Below, one piece after another: positions 7,073-10,753 of a stretch of DNA of 10,753 bases; position 1 is the first letter of the stretch; each line of letters begins with the position of its first letter. Source of the DNA: Candidatus Methanomethylicia archaeon. Its GTDB lineage: Archaea > Thermoproteota > Methanomethylicia > CALHIW01. The DNA lies in contig JAWBQF010000045.1 in assembly GCA_038845975.1 (NCBI GenBank), positions 1 to 10,753 on the forward strand, given 5' to 3'. The notes under the pieces are model-generated. The model was not told where the DNA came from. It did not search any database and worked only from the letters and a program-made list of their open reading frames with translations. The position numbers and the translations under genes are program-made.

Positions 7073-8575
7073 ATGGGTAGAGCTAGGCTAATACTCTTAT
7101 TGCTATGTTTAACAGCATTTATCGTCATTACTGTTACTCTATATAATACTTCAACACCAAAACCGAAATTACCATTAACGTTAATGGATTTAAGTGCCTC
7201 CATACTTCCTGACGGTAGATATCTTACGCTTATAGCTCATAATACTGGAGATGAAGATATTGAGTTGGAATCTATATTTATAAATGGCTCAATAGTATTT
7301 ACATGGTTACCAAGTAAGACTATTCTAAAGCCTGGAGAGAATGCAACGATAAACATCTTCTTCTACTGGAATAAAGGTGAAATATACAATATAACTGTTA
7401 AAGCTAGAAGTAGAGATGGTGCTGTAAACTCATCAGGCCTAATTCAAACACCATTATTTAGTAATATTCTTGAATTTAATATTATAAATATTCAGACTGA
7501 AAGAATAGATGAGGATCTTGTAATAATAAATGTTAATTATACTCTTAAATCCCTAGGGTATTCAAAGGTTTACGTTAGGCTCTTCACTTTCATGGATTAT
7601 GTTAATATATCACTACCAATCTATGCATTCTATGATTATAGATATATGTCTAAGGATACACTTAATCTTATAGATTCCCTTATTGAAAAGGCATGGAAGC
7701 GTGGATTAAACATCACTAGAGCAGACTGGATTTCTCTGGAAACACTTGCTAGAAATAAGATTAGATGTATACTAATAGTTTTCTCTCCACTATCCTCGGT
7801 AAACATACCTACTTTAACAGGTTCTCTTCCAGCATGTATTATTGATCCGAATCGTTCACAAGGAATTACTGATGATTCAAGATATGGTAAATCTCTAATA
7901 TATGACTGGATGAGAGACTATGGATTAATATTTGTAACTGTAGGTTCAAGATCATCCCAGTCTAATAGATGGATTCTATACGATGATGGATATGCTAAGA
8001 GGAATCTTGAAAAATTCGATTATAGTGATGCATGTATATTCTTCACAGATGCAAATGAAATAATTCTGAAGGGTGGTGAGGGAGTTCGTGAATATTTAGG
8101 GTCAAAGATAGCAGGAACTCTGGGACTACATACGTGGAGGAGTGATATAGGGTTTAGCATAGATGATATGATACGGCTAGGTATTGATTTCTACTCATAC
8201 GCTACATGGAGATTTAAAGTAGATGGTACGATCTTAAATCTATCTATGCCCTGCTTCATAAGAGTTGGAAAAGGAGGCTGGTTATGTTTAGACAATACTC
8301 TATTCTCTCTACATCATGAAGCGGTTATAAATGATTTAATATCAATGATTCAACATTCACCATGGAATAAGCTATGGTATCCAATGGGATGGATGTATGA
8401 TAGTAGCTATATATATGAAAATGGATATAACATCACAAAAACTGGAAACATATCCCTAATCCTACCTAAACCTATAGATCTAAGCGGTAAACTAATAATG
8501 ATTGTTGAGGGATACGATGAAGATAGCTATAAGTATATTACAATATACAAAGACTGGAGTTTAACTCAGGAATAA
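7073..8575 (+). CDS. Hypothetical membrane-anchored or secreted cell-surface glycoprotein
   Basis: N-terminal MGRAR plus a hydrophobic helix. A beta-rich Ig/pilin-like domain follows (HNTGDEDIELESIFING...LKPGENATINI...W.KGEIYNITV), then an alpha/beta region. There are 12 N-x-S/T sequons by hand count. Confidence 0.8.
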   Translation: MGRARLILLLLCLTAFIVITVTLYNTSTPKPKLPLTLMDLSASILPDGRYLTLIAHNTGDEDIELESIFINGSIVFTWLPSKTILKPGENATINIFFYWNKGEIYNITVKARSRDGAVNSSGLIQTPLFSNILEFNIINIQTERIDEDLVIINVNYTLKSLGYSKVYVRLFTFMDYVNISLPIYAFYDYRYMSKDTLNLIDSLIEKAWKRGLNITRADWISLETLARNKIRCILIVFSPLSSVNIPTLTGSLPACIIDPNRSQGITDDSRYGKSLIYDWMRDYGLIFVTVGSRSSQSNRWILYDDGYAKRNLEKFDYSDACIFFTDANEIILKGGEGVREYLGSKIAGTLGLHTWRSDIGFSIDDMIRLGIDFYSYATWRFKVDGTILNLSMPCFIRVGKGGWLCLDNTLFSLHHEAVINDLISMIQHSPWNKLWYPMGWMYDSSYIYENGYNITKTGNISLILPKPIDLSGKLIMIVEGYDEDSYKYITIYKDWSLTQE

Positions 8576-9160
8576 TAGTTCGGACGTAGCAACTTAGCCT
8601 CATCTTCTAGATGGTTGTAGTAAGGTATGAAGAGCTTTATGATGTTTCCAACACATCAAGATGGGTCTTTATCTAAAATAATTTTTAGCTTATTCCGCAT
8701 AGAACTTAAAATGATAAGTACTTATATAGCTTTTACTATAACCAACTTCTAATCAATTCTTTAAATCTAAATTTATAGCAGACATATATAAATTATAATC
8801 CTCCTAATACTTAACTTTGCTTCATCTATTATCATACATCTTCTAATTATATTCAAATAATTTAGTTATAAAACTTTCTTTGCTAAGTCATGAACTGCTG
8901 ATTACTTATAAGTTATATGTAGCATTAGATTGTTTTTGTGAGAATAACTATATGTATGCTCTTCTTTATGTTTCCTCTTAAATGAATCCATACCATGTAG
9001 TAAGGATTCTATCTCATCAAAATATATCTTCCTACCAATATCCAATTAATTGGGGATTCGATGAAAACTAGGATTTTACTAAGCATCTATAAATACTAAT
9101 GATCCTATAGGAAGCTATTTGTTAAGATCTTTCCAATACATTGCCTACATGAATATTTTT

Positions 9161-10525
9161 CTATACAACTCTATATAGAATGTATCCTCTAACTTCAACT
9201 ACTCTACTTAAAACTCCACTCCATAGATGTATCTCTATTAAACTATCAGTAAAATCTATATCGCCTCCACTTATATTGATCGTCACTTCATCTCCTGCGT
9301 GGTTAATAGGTATAAGGACTGAGCATAATATCTTATTTAGGTAATACTCAAAATCATGAATTCCTTTGCTAAATGTTACAGTAATGTTAGAATCCATATA
9401 TTTGAAGGTGGCTCTACTTCCATTAATTAGCCAGCTACTAAGCCTATTCATAGATACCTCATACTTTACAATAAGAAGTTGTAATGAATCATTTTTAGAT
9501 ACTACATTGTAAACAATATTATTATCAGCATTCTTCCTGAAAACTGTAAAGCTATAGGTGTCATATATGGCTGTAGTATTTGTTCTAGTTATGTTACCTG
9601 TAGATATTGATGAGTAATATTTATCAGTAAGGATGGAAATCATGTTTTCATCAAGCTTTAGAACTGCTGTCTTGCTACGTTGAAATAAGCTTAGAAGTTG
9701 ACCTCTTACCCTATCAGTAACTATATAGCTAACATTAAGCTTTTTAGCTAAATCTGTAAATGAATATGAATTTGGCTGAATACTTGATTTCTTAGCATTA
9801 GGAAATGTAAACATCATCTCCAGTCTTAGAGGTCCCTTTGAAGAGGATCTTACAGTAGCTACATTTTTAAGCGTGGTTATATTTAGAACCCCGCTTGAAC
9901 TTATAAATATCTGAACATAATCCCTATTGATCGCTATAATTTTCCCATCATTAACTACAAATAATGCATGATAAGCATAGATAGGAACCTCAATATTTAC
10001 ATCACCGCCTACAGCGCTAAGCGTATATGTAATGTTTAGTGTTGGATTCTCCCTACTTAAAACCTCAGTCTTCCTAATAGTTACCATCGGTAACCTATAG
10101 AGAACTGTAAGGGCTAAACCATCTAGATGTATATCTGCTACATATCTATTATCCAGATTTAATGTAGTGTTTAATACTGATATTGTTACATTATATTCAT
10201 TAATTAGTATTGTGTTCAAATACCATTCTCCATCATATACTCTAATTCTAGGTGCGTACATTGAAGATAACGGATTCGTATCATCAGCTATGATGTAGCC
10301 ATTCATAAGTCTATAAGTTGTTGATAGTAAAACATCATTTTCATAGTCGTAGCCATGATTAGCCAGCATTCTTAATCCAGTTAAAGCCTCAATCCAGATA
10401 GACAATGTTGGTGAGGCAGCAATATAGCCGCTAGATGAGGCTATTTTTGCAATTGTTGAGGAAACGTCACGTATAGCCTGTGCTCTTCCAAGAGATGTTT
10501 GATAGGAGCCTGCAAACACACTCAT
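9161..10525 (-). CDS. Hypothetical extracellular glycoprotein region, likely the C-terminal soluble part of a larger membrane protein (possibly a pseudogene remnant)
   Basis: 454-aa beta-rich ORF with 11 N-x-S/T sequons and no signal peptide after the Met. The frame stays open upstream to 10648 and there encodes a TM helix (VIALALVLALLTVSI). Confidence 0.7.
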   Translation of the reverse strand: MSVFAGSYQTSLGRAQAIRDVSSTIAKIASSSGYIAASPTLSIWIEALTGLRMLANHGYDYENDVLLSTTYRLMNGYIIADDTNPLSSMYAPRIRVYDGEWYLNTILINEYNVTISVLNTTLNLDNRYVADIHLDGLALTVLYRLPMVTIRKTEVLSRENPTLNITYTLSAVGGDVNIEVPIYAYHALFVVNDGKIIAINRDYVQIFISSSGVLNITTLKNVATVRSSSKGPLRLEMMFTFPNAKKSSIQPNSYSFTDLAKKLNVSYIVTDRVRGQLLSLFQRSKTAVLKLDENMISILTDKYYSSISTGNITRTNTTAIYDTYSFTVFRKNADNNIVYNVVSKNDSLQLLIVKYEVSMNRLSSWLINGSRATFKYMDSNITVTFSKGIHDFEYYLNKILCSVLIPINHAGDEVTINISGGDIDFTDSLIEIHLWSGVLSRVVEVRGYILYRVV

Positions 10526-10753
10526 ACTCTGTATCGATACTGTTAGGAGGGCTAGAACTAAAGCTAGTGCTATAACCCTGTTTAGATTTATTTCTAAATC
10601 GTAAATATCTCTATCTCCCTCATTACTGTCTGCTGATGGATGGATATGCTAGTTAGGTATGGACATTATTCAACAGCCTTCAGGAGGCTTAAGGATGGAG
10701 CTAGGTGTGTGGGAGCGAATACTTAACGTCTAATAGCTATAGAATACTTGGTG
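10526..10753 (-). pseudogene. Disrupted upstream portion of the 9161-10525 gene
   Basis: The in-frame extension HIHPSADSNEGDRDIYDLEINLNRVIALALVLALLTVSIQS has no ATG/GTG/TTG start and is bounded by TAG at 10651-10649. A different frame upstream reads VFAPTHLAPSLSLLKAVE*CPYLTSISIH. All three minus frames have stops before the window edge. Confidence 0.55.

Noticed and set aside
7073-7150. Class III (prepilin/archaellin) signal peptide
   Set aside because: MGRA is followed by Arg at the would-be +1 position, which does not fit the PibD/FlaK cleavage pattern. An ordinary signal or anchor helix is more likely.
8601-8658. Small hairpins CATCT-TCT-AGATG and TGATGT...ACATCA as terminators
   Set aside because: Stems of 5-6 bp are expected by chance, and no adjacent long T-tract is present.
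10531-10549. GATACTGTTAGG (similar to the IS end GATACTGTCAAG) and palindrome GTATCGATAC as a second IS terminus
   Set aside because: It lies within sequence that reads as a coherent TM helix (LLTVSI) on the minus strand, and no transposase-like sequence or SD follows. Probably coincidence.
1-10753. CRISPR array, tRNA or rRNA
   Set aside because: No regularly spaced direct repeats and no GC-rich structured RNA-like segments were seen.

Overview
AT-rich archaeal DNA, probably from the TACK group. This assignment is inferred from TATA-like boxes, a GGAGGTGA Shine-Dalgarno, AGR/ATA-rich codons and the gene types present. The window is a surface-glycosylation or cell-envelope accessory locus. 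The left edge holds the end of a frameshifted IS6-family element (minus strand) with its terminal repeat and a long hairpin over its translation start. A plus-strand cluster follows: an HPr-kinase-like P-loop protein, a GT4 glycosyltransferase, a decayed GT4 pseudogene, an 854-aa polytopic GT-C-type membrane glycosyltransferase, a second atypical GT4, and a membrane-anchored, sequon-rich secreted protein. After a 585-bp unexplained gap, a convergent minus-strand ORF encodes a sequon-rich extracellular region. It looks like the detached C-terminal part of a larger GT-C/AglB-like membrane protein whose 5' part is disrupted. No rRNA, tRNA or CRISPR array was seen. All family calls come from reading motifs by eye; no database search was run.
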